Origin: Haliotis rubra
Taxonomy: Eukaryota
Length of the DNA: 64,000 nucleotides
Direction: 5' to 3'
NCBI RefSeq assembly: GCF_003918875.1
Contig: NW_025767132.1
Coordinates: 124,001-188,000 of the forward strand
The notes under the pieces were generated by a model. The model worked only from the letters and a program-made list of their open reading frames with translations, was not told where the DNA came from and did not search any database. Shown in pieces: positions 10,401 to 23,724 of the stretch. A program made the position numbers and the translations under genes. Each line of letters starts with the position of its first letter. The stretch's first letter is position 1.

Positions 10401-13400
10401 ATCAAATGTGGTGAGATTATAAACTACTGAATGAGGTATGTAATCATCATGCACTGTTATACTAGACAAAGGTTTTCACTACGTACGGCGGAAAGGAATA
10501 TAGTGCTGTCAGTGGACAGCCTTATCTAGCTCTGACAGTGGAGATCATACCTTGTGGGGCTATTGATGGGTCAATTGACAACTCTGTGATTTGGGCATCA
10601 CCGTCGTCAAATCCGGGGCACAGGGTTATGAGTTCACAAAAATAGAAGGGGTTTGTGTCCGCCCTGAAATGATAATTACATCTATTGGGTATTCGACCAC
10701 CAAAACACTTCGTTGATGCCCCTAAACGTTAGCCTGTATGAAATCGAGCCTTTTCCAACAAAGTCGTATTTTGATCATCGTCCCTTTTCGTCAAGTTACA
10801 ATGACACTCGGTGAACCCATTCACGGAATCAGCAAGTACGAGCAGCAGCACTGACTACCTAGTGGACCTTCTTACTCTGAATGGGGACTATTGATTTGTA
10901 TAGGGATCGCATGTCTTAATGTTTAGTTGCACCTTGTTCAAGTACAAAAACGTGAAGAAAAAACAAATTCTGATACCAATATTGCTTTAGGCTGGAATCG
11001 AAAGGACCAGCATATTTTAGAAACAATTGTAAAAGATCACAAACTGCATTGTCCTTTCTTTCAAGTCTATCTATAAACACTAACGTTACTGACTTCGCTT
11101 TAACATCCACACCTTATGCTTGCTGATATCGTTTAACTCACTTCTGGAAGTGTTTAGCAAATGCAACTAGACCAACAGATTTGCAGAGACGACCACACAT
11201 GGGAGCCTGACTCTTGTCACGGAGCAACGCACACAGTTTTTCACAGGAGCCATGAGTACCGGTATCTGCAAGAAACATGTAGCAAGTTCTACACTGGATC
11301 CGATGGCATCATCGACATGTTACGTTTCTGTTCATCCAATATTGTGCTATCATATACTTGAATACTGTTAAACTTGTGATAAATTTGATAAAGGTATGTA
11401 CAACTGGAAGAAATACCTTGTCAGAGCAAAATGATTTTTGTCGACCTCTGCAAACCAAACTCTCTGCCAAATAGTGTCCCCTCAAACATCCACAAGTTGT
11501 TTGATCGATTTTACAATATTCAAGGCCTTGGTAAGATTCCAACAGATTATATGGAAACATGTGTTCAAGACGTTGCCATTTTTAACGCATCATTGACATG
11601 GATTATGTGTGATGTAATTCACCATTATGTTACCATGTCGTTTTTTTCTGTTGAAAGATCTGCTTGTGTTTGCACGTGTTTGGGGTAGGATACACTCACC
11701 TGTCGTCTTCTTCTGTTGAAGGATCTGCTTGTGTTTGCACGTGTTTGGGGTAGGATACACTCACCTGTCGTCTTCTTCTGTTGAAGGATCTGCTTGTGTT
11801 TGCACGTGTTTGGGGTAGGATACACTCACCTGTCGTCGTCTTCTGTTGAAGGATCTGCTTGTGTTTGCACGTGTTTGGGGTAGGATACACTCACCTGTCG
11901 TCGTCTTCTGTTGAAAGACCTGCTTGTGTTTGCACGTGTTTGGGTTAGGATAAACTCACCTGTCGTCGTCTTCTGTTGAATGATCTGCTTGTCTTTCCAC
12001 GTGTTTGGGGTAGGATACACTCACCTGTCGGCGAACACCTTGCGCCATCGCTATTTAATAGTGATTCATTAACACATGCTTAAGGTAAACTTGTCGTACA
12101 ACCAACACTTCTTTTAGTAGATACATCTTATCATTATTGAAATGGCTTTAAATGTTCATGCAAATATTTACTTTAGACATACGTGTGCACAGAGCCTAAA
12201 CAAACACAAATTGTCACCTGGCAGATGTTTCGCATCTCAGTCTCTGTTTGAATACGCACTGTCTTGTAGAAATTTGTCAAATGCAACATATGTTATGTTT
12301 GGGATTACACTTTCTCAGTAAATTACAGATTTTAGTACTTTTTGGAGGTTAAGTTCGGGATTCGAACCCTCAAACTCAGAGTAAGGCACCTAATCGCCAG
12401 CACAAAAAGTAAGCCATCTAACCCACATAGCCACATCGGCTTCCACACGAATGAAAGTCTGACAACAAATCTTCACGCGACTGGTAGTCCCAAAGTAAGC
12501 CATCTAACCCACTTAGCCACAGCGGCTTCCACACGAATGAAAGTCTGACAACAAATCTTCACGCGACTGGTAGTCCCTTGTTTATTAAGTCAGTGTAATC
12601 CAAAATATAACATGTGTTGCATTTCACAACTTCCTACAAGGCATTGTGTATTCATAGCTTCTGCAATGGAAGCCGTGCCAATTACAGAGAGGTACACAAA
12701 TTACTCTGAGCATAAGACTCAACGTCCAAAAATCTAGAATCTGTACTTTGCTGAGTCTCTATTTGTTTTCAAATAATGGAAAATGTGGCGTTCTTGCAGG
12801 AAGATTTCATGTACCATCTTTGAATCAGCCTACAGCAGTGTTCAGAGGAGATGACATTGTCTAGACATTGTATACGTTGGACCCTTACTGAGAATGATGC
12901 CAAGGAGATCCACACCGACGTTTCTAGTAAAATGAATACATGTCTCGCACTTAACGGGAGTGCCAAGGGCTTCACTTCCGGTGATCTGGACTTCCTGTGT
13001 TTGGGCGTGATGGAAGAAACTAGGTAGACACTGGACCCCAACCAGAACCCCTAGGAATATCGTTACACCCTGCAACAAAGTCCATATCATTATAAACACT
13101 GAGTATCAAACAGATGCAAACTAGTGATGTAAATGAAAGTCATATGAGTGTCCATTCGACTGAGGTGTATTTAGTCTTGGGAGACATTTTCCCAGTGTGA
13201 TTTTGATAACCATACATAGATCTTGGTCAAATAACCGATGCAAACATACAATTAATCATTTGTTTAAATGAACAAATTCGCCAAACAGTTCTCCCTTTTT
13301 AACTGTACTAAAAGACGGGAATACCATGATGGGATCATATTAAAATTTCCCCAGAACTTGTAGTTGATACACTGCCCAGGATTACGGTCTCAATCAGCCT

Positions 13401-14455
13401 TAGATCTCGTAACTTTCATCTTAAACTCCATCATTGTTCTCACATTATATGTCATCAGATTTTCATTCCATACACTTGGCCTAACAATGCTCCAAGTTTT
13501 TGAAGATATAGAAATAGTCATCTTGTTAATACACTCCTCATCCCCACCTCTCAAGTCCAGAATAATCAAATGTTTCCGCTTTAATTCAAAGTGACGTACT
13601 CAAGTCAGTCCCGGGTAGCAATTCCCTTCTTACCACAGCCCTCTTCCCACCGTTCAACCCAAACCAAACAAATAAAAGATGACGTATAAAACAAAACAAA
13701 CGCATCCCCTACATATGTTGAAAGCACACATTACACACAGCAATACCTTCAATTAACCCTCTTTCCATGAAACTTGTACATGCATCTCTGTTTATGTCTG
13801 CATTAGCAACTGAATTTTTACTTCCAAAAAGACGCCCCGAGTAACAGAGGCTTCTTTCAGTTTACAATGAAGCTTAGCCGAGATAATCGATTTTGGTATC
13901 AGATGATGAACATGACATATACATATTTTGTACTTGAATTGAACAATATTAATTTTTCATTTGCAAATAGCCAAAGTAAGTTGATTTTGCAGGTAGCCAG
14001 TGATTATGTCATTATTTGGTATTTTTGTGGTCATGTTTCACGCAATCTGGATTTACATGGTAGCTGTGTGAAGTCGAGGCGGGTTGTAAGGTTATTCTGG
14101 GAAACAAAAATCAGCTTATCTCAGACATATGGCAAACCCACAAAGCTAAACGAGGGCATGCTTCGACACAGTGAACCTTATACTTTAATCATGTACTGTT
14201 TATCTAACAAACATACGTCACGCATTATTTTTCTAGCTTGCAAATAAAAACACCAAGCATTATATAAGACATTTTGGATGCAATTGTAATCTATTGTAAA
14301 TAAATAAAACTTCGACATTTTTTTACCATTGTCCACCTTTGCATTGGAATCTTTACCGAACTGTTACAATGAATGAGGTCATCTTTTATAATTACGACGC
14401 ATTTGATTAGACATGGAAAGAAGAAATTCAGTGTGTGAGTTACCTTGACGTTCAT
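7415..14455 (-). CDS. Countin-like secreted saposin-domain protein, copy B (250 aa, 7 exons)
   Basis: Exons 14444-14455, 12889-13069, 11142-11265, 10551-10663, 8669-8764, 8120-8260, 7415-7500; 753 nt, open frame to TAG. Signal peptide MNVKGVTIFLGVLVGVQC. Cys pairs CETC, SCEKLC, MCGRLC, FCELITLC, CDPNKEAC, CNGRC. Motifs GTGTGE, GNYT, PHSKIYD. Confidence 0.92.
7738..7865. repeat. About 31-bp minisatellite, 4 units
   Basis: AAATGCTACATAAyAGACTGTTtATGAATAT repeated. Confidence 0.8.
7900..8035 (-). mobile_element. SINE family 2, degenerate
   Basis: GAGTGAGT..TTTTACGCCGCTTTT..GCAATATTCCAG..GGGAATCGAACC on the + strand. Confidence 0.6.
9680..10210 (-). mobile_element. Decayed Tc1 transposase relic (intron 4 of countin B)
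   Basis: Minus-strand fragments ARQLTTAQR*QVIDKRNAGMSLGTIARHVG..HPSTISRL...SGRPRV (paired-like HTH plus GRPR) and PFGRGSLMVWGA (Tc1 GGGSVMVWG motif), interrupted by stops and frameshifts. Boundaries approximate. Confidence 0.7.
11646..12030. repeat. 65-bp minisatellite, about 6 units (intron 2 of countin B)
   Basis: Unit TTCTGTTGAAGGATCTGCTTGTGTTTGCACGTGTTTGGGGTAGGATACACTCACCTGTCGTCkTC repeated head-to-tail with few differences. Confidence 0.95.
12406..12577. repeat. 86-bp tandem duplication
   Basis: AAAGTAAGCCATCTAACCCAC...CGCGACTGGTAGTCCC present twice (12406-12491, 12492-12577) with 2 substitutions. Confidence 0.9.
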
Positions 14456-14509
14456 TGCAGGTAATATTCCACGCCGGATTTAGAGCCTTGAATGGATGCA
14501 TTGCAAATA

Positions 14510-14554
14510 TGCTCCTATATAATGCCTAGTGTATGGAGGCCTGGAAGGGACATA
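14510..14554 (-). promoter_or_regulatory. Core promoter of countin-like copy B
   Basis: Minus-strand CCATACACTAGGCATTATATAGG about 60 nt upstream of the ATG; homologous to the A and C blocks. Confidence 0.6.
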
Positions 14555-16279
14555 TATGTATGTATCTGGTTCTCCTAAAAGGAAATTCACAGCTGTTATG
14601 TTCATAACATGTTCATTCCGCAGTTAGTTCCTCATCCTGATAATGGGTAAGCCGACTGAAACCTGCATCCACACCCTACAATCCTCTTTATCAACTATCT
14701 AGTGCCTCTCCAAAACCCTTATATGACAAATATACATTTTACTTTAGTCCGAAATCTCCAGGGAATTATCACCATTTTATGGCATGTGAGAAATGTGTTA
14801 GGTTCTATGAATGGCATTTTATTTAGAAACATAACATGGATGTGATCTTCATTTCTCAATGTATACACTGCATCGCCCTGAACTAGACACGACATAATGT
14901 AACGGACGTACAGGCTCTTTGTGTATCGTTACCTTATAATTTATTTATAAAACCCGATGGCCAATATTACGAAGTTTTTAATTTTTGTTAATGACTGTTT
15001 GTTATTCATTGCTGCATTCAGCACCATTTCAGGTATACGACATGCACGTAATCGATTGTGGATCAGAAACACCGGAGGCTAGTCTTGCTTCAGTACTGTA
15101 TTTTCTCACGTTAGGCTGTGGTTTGTCCGTTTGACTTTAGAGGAAATATAAATGTCGTAGCATAGAACACAACCTCCACATATTCATCAAGCAAAAAAAA
15201 ACTTCCGCTTATGTTTTTTTATTCTTTGAAACAATAGCCAACTTGAACACTCAGAACTCTAAATGGGTGAAGGACGGGTCTCAGGGGAAGAAATATTGCA
15301 TACATCAGGTGGACATTTATGATAATTTATGTCGAGTATGGGAATGAAAGTTTTTATTTTAATTTTTAAGGGATTTTAATTAGCTAAGGAAGCAATAGGC
15401 AGAGTCAGACATACAGTAATTTTGATGAATGTTTATATTACGGTATGAGTTTCCTTCATGTGAAAAAGATGAAAGCACAACAGAAAGCAGAACCAGGTGT
15501 ATGCTGTAATTATATTTCATTCCAGGTATTCTTGGATAACATGCTTTGATGAACAATGTTGATATCAAATATCAAACTATGTCGCATTAGATGTATAGCA
15601 ACGACTTCTTAATAACAATACACGTTTTCTCCCATGCATACAGTTGGCAGCTGAGTCATTTACACAACCAAGCAGTATATTTCTATCTCTGCTGATGGCA
15701 GTGTTCATCGACTACCTAGCTGTCATTAAGTGTCTCCAGCTGAAACCACCAAAGCCATCCACCAGAAGATGGCACCTAAAACGATGCTCAGTGGCAGAAA
15801 TCCCGGTCATCGGCTAGAGTAGGTCTGCCTTCTAAGGATTCCTATTTGGGTTGTGGAAAGGTTTGTATACCATTAAATAGTCCTCCTCATCTTCCTAATA
15901 TCTAGTATCTTATTCTTTTAAATCTATATGTTTTACGGGTAATATATGTCTGCAAACTGTTTATAAACAAATATGATTTTGAAGATTGTAAAAGTGAGAT
16001 CAGAATAGTCTTTCTAGAAAATAACTGAATTCATGCAATCAAATCTCTTTAGTCGTTGGGGATCGACTGAACACTTCGATACAGCAGAGCAAGAATTATA
16101 GCATTGTCCATGGTGTGTGTGAAATACCCACTCTGTCGTGTGATGAAACGGTCTTAGAGTAAAGGACAGGAGTTGTCACAAAAATATTAAACGTCGTATG
16201 TTCGGTAAAAGGAAAAAGATCAAGAAAGGTGTTACATATTTCATATTTATTACATGTACATCCTTCCAACACGACACAT

Positions 16280-19200
16280 CTATTCAGTGATGCGGAAAGA
16301 GATGGAACGTCTGTCGTAGATCTTGCTGTGGGGATGGTCGCTGCCGCACTCACCATTGCAGATATCTGAAGGAATATGATATATGCTATCTGGAATATAT
16401 ACATTATGAGATTTCACATTTTCGGGTTACTATGCAGTAATATGCAATGCCCTGAATCTTGCCAGCCTGTTTAGTTTAAGATACATATTGATCCAACATA
16501 ATAATTATCAAATTGATGTGGCGTCCATTTCACAAAGCTGAATTGCAAAGATTTCAGACTGTAACACAAACTCCCATTCATTGTACCAAATGTTAAGACA
16601 TACGCTTCGCAGATTGTACACCTTTGTGTAAAAATGGAACTCAGGCCTTTAACACGACGAGCGTACGAAACAACCAACAGAGTTCCCCACATCCAGATCT
16701 AGGCTCATCAAAATCCGACAAGGAGATCCTGGTGTTGTTTTCGAAGAGATTTCCAACCTGCCAAATGTAGAGAACCAAATGCCAGACCCGGGTAGTTAAT
16801 TGCATCTTGCACTCACCAACACGGAGGGTGTAGTTTCCTGGTAGCCACTGCTCGCAGGGTCCCTGGGACGGGTCACAGTTGGGGTCGGGCTCAGCCTTCA
16901 GAGTCATACGAGTTGGGTAGGTGCCTGCTGGAGACTTCTGGTTCAGGAAACTATCCTCTGTGGATGGATAAGTAAACGTGGATTACACTACTGGACATTC
17001 AGTGGAAACAAAATATTCGACCTTATGGTGATCATCGTCAATGTAACGAGTGCCGATAATTATTACACCCAGTTATATTTAGTTTAGGTCGCAGGGCCGA
17101 TAGTAACATGTGACATCGCATTACCATAAAACATATACAGGGACAAGTTGTAGTCGTGTATGAAGGAGTCTGTAGTATTGGGAATGTCAAGAAAACCATG
17201 AATGTTGTGTCTTCAGGGATCGAACCATTCATAGTTATTAATACTTAGCCAGTTTACCTTGGCCACACAGTTAAATCGTCTGTATGGTTGAGTCAAAGGT
17301 TTGTGACATCTCTGTATTTTACCTTATAAAGTATGATACTGGCTACAAGTCAGGTAGACAACTGCCTGCACTGTCTAAACAGAATCTGGAAAACGTGTTT
17401 GTTTGCCTCTTGTTAAATCCATTTATCAATAGGCCAGATGGGACGAGCGAAGAACGATCCAACGAGATGGAGGTACGATGACAAGCAATAATCCAAATCG
17501 TTGAATCTGACCACCCAATCTATTAAGTCGCCTCGTAAGACCAACACAGGTTGCTAGGTCCCCAGTCTAGGTCCTGGGGGCTGAATATCATTGGCGGTTG
17601 GACACTTACCAATTGGAAGCCCATCAAGTGTATCTACCACAACGACGATCTCTCCGGTTCCGGTCCCGTTCTTGGAGGTGAAAGAAAAGTTGATTGTTTT
17701 CTGACCTGAAGTATAATGAAGGATCAAGCCATTACCAAGCATTACCTCCTCTGGTGGTTTCTCCGCACAGGAGCAGTATCATAGTTGGATACATATATTT
17801 CTCAGTTCGAAACTGCATTCTCCAATCCATGTGAGAAGAACAGTATACCGGTGGTGTTCTTGGCAACCTCATTGAGAAAGAACTCATTCTTTGGGGTGGG
17901 GTGGGGGTTTATGTTATATATAGTGATGGAATACGGTGATATATATTCATACCCCACTAGAGTGAGATTACACTTTATACCGGAACTACTTTCAGGTGGC
18001 TTAAAGATACAGAGTAACATCACGTAGATCGGAAAGAAAATACATAATGAACAGAATAATTGACAGAATTGTCTTGCCAGACAACATATTTCTATTCCCA
18101 TGGCCTAATGCTGTTCATCATCTTGAGTGCGCCTTTCATTGAACTATCAACGTTGTCATTCCGTGAAATAAACGTGTCATTTGACCATATTAGTGAGTAG
18201 CAGTAGCTGACCTACCTTGGGGCCCTGATGCTGGGACGATTTGAAGCTCCGTGATTTTGGCATCACCGTCATCAAAAATGGGGCACACATTAAGAAGTTC
18301 ACAGAAGTAGATAGGGTCAAGGTCAGCTCTGCAAAGAAAAGTGAAAATAGTTCACTGAGGAGGGATTAGGTATATTTCTTTTCTTTAATGCAAACGTATA
18401 TTTTCAAAGCAACTTCTTTAGAATTAAGACATGTTTACGTAACTATGTGTTGTGTGACATGCGTGCATTACCAGCATGAACTGAAAGAAACAACCATGCA
18501 TGCAGGTACAGTGACTGTCGACCTAGTTCGTGATGCTGGCAATACTGATACTAAAGCCTGGTATATTTTGATGATATCAACTAAATCCACGTCGAGGGAC
18601 TCGTCAGACAAGCACGATATTAGCGTTTGTTAGCTGCTCACCTAAGCACTATGAATAAGACAGCGAACCAAATCGCACATGTCAAATAATCGAATGTCAT
18701 ATTTCGCGCGCGTGTGTGTATATTATATATAAGTATAAAAAAGTAAGTATTAAAATAAAAAATAAAATCATAAGGGGTCCCAGAAGAAATAATAATGTCA
18801 GGAGCTGAGACCATCTAGACCAATTATTCTAGAATTGAGTAGGCCACCTTTATTCCTATATTCTCATAAAAAACCCAAATCATGCTAATCTCCAGAAAAA
18901 TTCACATTTCTTGAAAAACGCAGTTTATTTTGTTTGTCACAACGTAAAGTAAATTCTTTATCGCATTATAGGTATTATGATACGTGTAGAAATCTTCCCT
19001 AAGGAATAATTGCTATGCTTCGTGATACTATTTTAGCTGGCGAGGACCATACAACACTCCTATATTTAACCTGAATTTTCGTTAAATAAACCCGTGTTTA
19101 TACTCACTTCTGAATGAGCTTCACAAACTCATCAATACCAGCAATGTCACAGAGAAGATCACAGACGACCGCCAAGGCTTGACTTCCTGTCTTCTGACCA

Positions 19201-22200
19201 AGAGCTGCGCACAGTTTTTCACAGGAACCAACTACTCCAAGATCTGCAGGAAGTGCATCAACGTTTCCTATACTCCGTTGTAATCCCTGTGATAACTTAC
19301 ATCATGGCTGAACATCAAGATAAGTCTCAGGCGTCTTTCAAGACATCCATGAATATGTATAAATATGTTCTCAATATGATACACAAAACTACATGAAAAG
19401 AGTTGGAATCGCCTGATCGTCTAATTACATATATGCATATACATTTGTCCGCTCATCTAGATACAGTGCAATCTCGAACCTTGGACTCAATGAGCTTACT
19501 TTTGAATTGCATCGTATGTGTCGATCTATGTTTTAGTTGCTCAACTTGTCGGGGAGGTAACAGTTACTTTGAATAGTAATCCAGGGCCTGGATTTTCGAA
19601 GCTCTCTTAGCGCTAAGATAGTCGTAAGTTAATGTTAATGAATGGCACTTAAGACTATCTTAGCGCTAAGAGAGCTTCGAAAATCTAGGCCCAGAAGGAC
19701 AAGAGTTCGTTACTGAGAGAGAAGGCAGGCCAAAATACGAAAGTCACTACGGTCACAAACTCAATATGTCACTGACAGGCCAAGGATCACTGTCGATTCT
19801 CAGTACGTGGTTTAAGGGATTTATGCTAACATGGATACTCTTGAGATTAGGTACGACTTTTGTATTGCAGAACATCCACGATCACAAGCCCCAACAAGGA
19901 CACTTACTGAGAATGATGTTCAGAAGTTGATCAATGGCTTCTCCAGTGAACTGGACACAGGTTGGACAAAGGTCGAGGGCTACCCCTCCAAAGGGCGGGA
20001 TTTGTTTTGTCATGGTGACGTGGTGTGTCTTCTTTGAATGGCGGGATGGTTGGACAAAGCTGGGGAGGCATTGTGCCCCCACCATAGCCGCCAAAAATAT
20101 TGCTACACACTGAAAAGAAAAATAAATACCTGTATCATACAATCTGAAGACAGGCAGAGGAACTGCGACTGGTTTAATATTAGTGTCCTGAACTGGACAA
20201 ACCAGTAACTGAACGCACTCATAAACAATAATTATCATCGGTAGGGTACGGCGTAACGCCATACCTATATACCAATTACGACAACCATGAGGTACTAGGG
20301 ATCCCCACAGATACAAGCGTTATGTACTTGGAACCTGCTCTGACTCATGAGGTACTAGGATCTATTCAGGTCCAGAAATCCCTAGGGTATTTCCTATCTC
20401 TACGTATCTGTTGCAGAGTTACTGACATCAACTTTTTTATATGTGTGGCTTTCACTGTTCAGATGTAATCAGATATCTATTACATTTATACACAGGATGC
20501 AATGAACACGACGTTGAGGCTCACATAACAATTAGTAAAGAAAACTATTTACCACATGATTTTATTAGCACGATATATTACTGAGATTTGACATGTAAAC
20601 CAGCTATACGAAAACATTTTCCCATTTACTTGACTGTACCTTGTAGTTACCATTCGGGTGTACCATGGCGTGTCTAGTAAGAGCTATTAAAGTACATGAG
20701 CGTTCTCGCAGGGTTCTTTTGATGTACAGTGTGTATACGCGTGTTTACATTTTACTTTTGACTACTTCGGACAAGGACAATTAAAAGACTGTACCCGATG
20801 AAGTCATTATTTAGTGTATAACATCTAGATGTAACTTATAAACTGTTCTCGTCACGATATGGCTGAAATATTGCCGATGTGACGATAAATATTAAGTCAC
20901 TCACTAGATGTAACTACCATAATGTATATACTAGTAAATGCAACTATAAGGTGGGTGTTTATACGTGCATGCAGTAATGCACACATGCATGCACGCGCGC
21001 GCGCGCACACACACACACACACACAAATACATACATACATACAGTCATACATACAGGTTACAGGTTACATTAAAAAATTATTGTCAATCAAGATTTATGA
21101 ACAGCACCATTTATCACAATTCAGAACCTGTGGTTGGGTTTTACATTTTCGAGTTGATAATTTAACGAGACAAGATTCGTTTAGCGGGCTTCATGGTACA
21201 CTTGGTCAATGGCTGCCCATTAAATTTGGCCAGTACTAGTTCGAATTTGTTAGCTACAGAGCCTACTGAATATCGCAGTATAAAACATCCTTTGTATTGT
21301 GTGTGTTAATGGTTTCGTTTTACTAAACTGACTCAGTAATAAGTATATTGCTCCACAAAATAGAAAAGTGTATTCCATAAGTGTTACAATGTGTATCATA
21401 TTCACGATATTGTGCTTGGAATTATTCTCAGACACCTGTCAGGAGAACAGAGCGAGATCAGTATGGATACATATGTTTAGCACACTGAAATAGGTTTATC
21501 ATGAACTACGTGACGTTAGACGAGTCCCTTTGACATTCGCAAGAAATACGCGTAGAACGAGGTGGATCTATATACTGTGTTATCAGTGATAACATTTTAT
21601 TTGATTTTCATTATCCTCGCATGGATTGTCTTGGAAAATATTACCTATGAGAAAATATACATTGGTCCAAAAGTAGTCAGATGTTTTAAGTGTGGTGATA
21701 TATCATTGATTATAAAAGAGATATGTTGTCTTCAAAAAGTTGAAACTGCATTTGATTTTCAATATTTGTGACTCGAAGTACGAGGCAATGAAAGTTAGTG
21801 TATGTCATATATCCTCGCTTTCCATATTTTCTAACGTTTAATATTTAGTTTAATAATTCATTTCAGCTGAAAGGTCATAGCATTTACATTTAGATAGGAG
21901 CAGGAAAATGCTTTGAACGTGATAAGCCCTGTAATAGCGACAGTTGCAAATGATCTCACAGTTTGTTTGCAAAACAAACCCACAGATTATTTGCAGATGT
22001 TGGCTGTAGTCAATATGGCTAATAAAAACGACAATTCGAAAAATCCCAAGGGGTGATTCCAGCCTACTGTACGGTATCCATGTCTATATGAATTACTATC
22101 AAATATTGACGATACAGGATGTTTGGGAAAAGATGAGCATGGCCTGCCCCACCTGTGGCACCCGTCACAAATATATAAGACAGTAAAAATAAACACTTAC

Positions 22201-22563
22201 GTTCGTTTATTAGAAACATTTACGAAACACACTGACACTTGTCAATTATTTGGCGGTGTATGTACAATTCCCTAATGCATGTAAAGCAAATTATGTGAAG
22301 AAAGGCATGGTTAGTCAAAACCAAATCAGTGTATGGAATGCTTTATATGCTTCGGTTATATCAATTAAACTTCTTTGTGAAACATAAACAGACAAAAGAT
22401 AAATCGACACATGTTAATATTTGACCAATTCCGAAAAGGCATTGTCTATCCATATTACAAATTGACATTGTCACTTTCAAGAAGTGCATCATATACTATT
22501 AATAGCAGATTAAACTAGGGAAGAAAAAGTACAATCATCAGCATGAGTTACCTTGGTGTTCAT
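16280..22563 (-). CDS. Countin-like secreted saposin-domain protein, copy C (261 aa, 7 exons; most countin-like copy)
   Basis: Exons 22552-22563, 19908-20109, 19108-19243, 18216-18328, 17610-17705, 16817-16957, 16280-16365; 786 nt, open frame. Translation includes LDLCPTCVQFTGEAIDQLLNIILNLGVVGSCEKLC...VCDLLCDIAGIDEFVKLIQKADLDPIYFCELLNVC...CNGECGSDHPHSKIYD, matching remembered Dictyostelium countin-1 motifs (VCDLLCDxxGxDEFxKLI, DPIYxCE, CxGxCGSxHP). Confidence 0.93.
19585..19691. mobile_element. Palindromic PIF/Harbinger-type MITE (107 bp)
   Basis: GGCC...GGCC ends with about 36-bp near-perfect inverted arms containing CTTAGCGCTAAG; 3-bp TSD CAG on both sides. Lies in intron 2 of countin C. 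Confidence 0.8.
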
Positions 22564-22617
22564 TGTGTGTATATCCCAGCCAGGTATACAGCAAGGAAGA
22601 GACGCTTACCGGAGCTG

Positions 22618-22659
22618 TTGCCTTATAAAGCCTGATGTATGGAAGCCCAGTTGGAACAT
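22618..22659 (-). promoter_or_regulatory. Core promoter of countin-like copy C
   Basis: Minus-strand CCATACATCAGGCTTTATAAGG about 60 nt upstream of the ATG; homologous to the A and B blocks. Confidence 0.6.
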
Positions 22660-22859
22660 TGATCTGCTAAATGGAAATTTACTATGATTTCCCTGTCTGA
22701 AAATCCAACCAAACTGATATTTGTATGCACAGGTTATTCCTTCCCTGCCTTGATGGTATATCTTTCTGCAAGTGTCTCTTATGTCTATTCCGTTCATCTT
22801 TATCTCACTGTTGAAATTTTACCATGTGAAAACATATACACTTTCGCCTAGATATAATA

Positions 22860-23545
22860 CACTCTTCAAAAAAAAAGAAACGCACAGGCCTTTTTAGCAG
22901 TTCCTTTTGACATATTTTGACAATTCCTGTGTTTGAATCCCGTTAAGCATGTCGCGGATGTTGTGTATTGCGCGCAAACGCATCCCAAAATGTGTTTATA
23001 AACGTTTGTCATAAAAAATGAAAACGATACATGAAAATTGCATGCAGAAAAAGTTTTCTATGTAATGCACGTGCATTGTGTCGGAAACATGAGTAGATAC
23101 ATCGACTGTAAAAGTCCAGAACAAATGCATCATTTCATTACGAAATTAACGACGTAAACGAAGATAAAAACATGCCAAGATATAATGCTACTATGAATAC
23201 ACAATGCATTTAGAAAGTCAGCCGCCTAACCCGCTCAGCCACTGTCTATCGACGTCGACACAACGTTTTGTGCCGTACTGCGATCGACAGGTGGACAGAT
23301 TTGCTGGAGAAAGTGTCATGCTGTGGGGAGCCATGTCCTACACGGATAGATCAGAGCCAATGATGGTCCAAGGCAATCTTACAGCAAATCGCTACATCGA
23401 CCAAATCCTGCGACCTCACTTCATCCCACGTTTTAACCGCCAGAGGGAGCTGTTTCAACACAACTCTCAACAGATGCCTATCTCGCCAATGCAAACGTCA
23501 ATGTCATTCCCTGGCCCTCCAAATTCCTCCAGAACCGCGCCATTG
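22860..23545 (+). mobile_element. Internally deleted, truncated Tc1 element
   Basis: Begins TA|CACTCTTCAAAAAA..GAAACGCA (Tc1-type end). ORF 23204-23587 contains DRFAGESVMLWGAMSY...GNLTANRYIDQILRPH...FQH from the DDE domain. Lies about 300 bp upstream of the countin C ATG. Confidence 0.75.
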
Positions 23546-23724
23546 ACGGTTTGCTTAGAATTAGATATTTATTTCAAAACAATCTAACTTGATATAAACC
23601 ATTTTGAAGAAAGATCTTCTCACAAGACTTCTAAGATATTCCCAAATAACTACGAAACTGTCTAAAGGGACAAGGTGGCCTTACTCAGTGACATAGGTGA
23701 TTGTGTGGCACTGGCTCCCAACGG

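Noticed and set aside
11625-12030. Three near-identical ORFs (MYPTPNT...) and a CRISPR-like appearance
   Set aside because: Contiguous 65-bp tandem repeat with no unique spacers, in a eukaryotic intron; the ORFs are by-products of the repeat.
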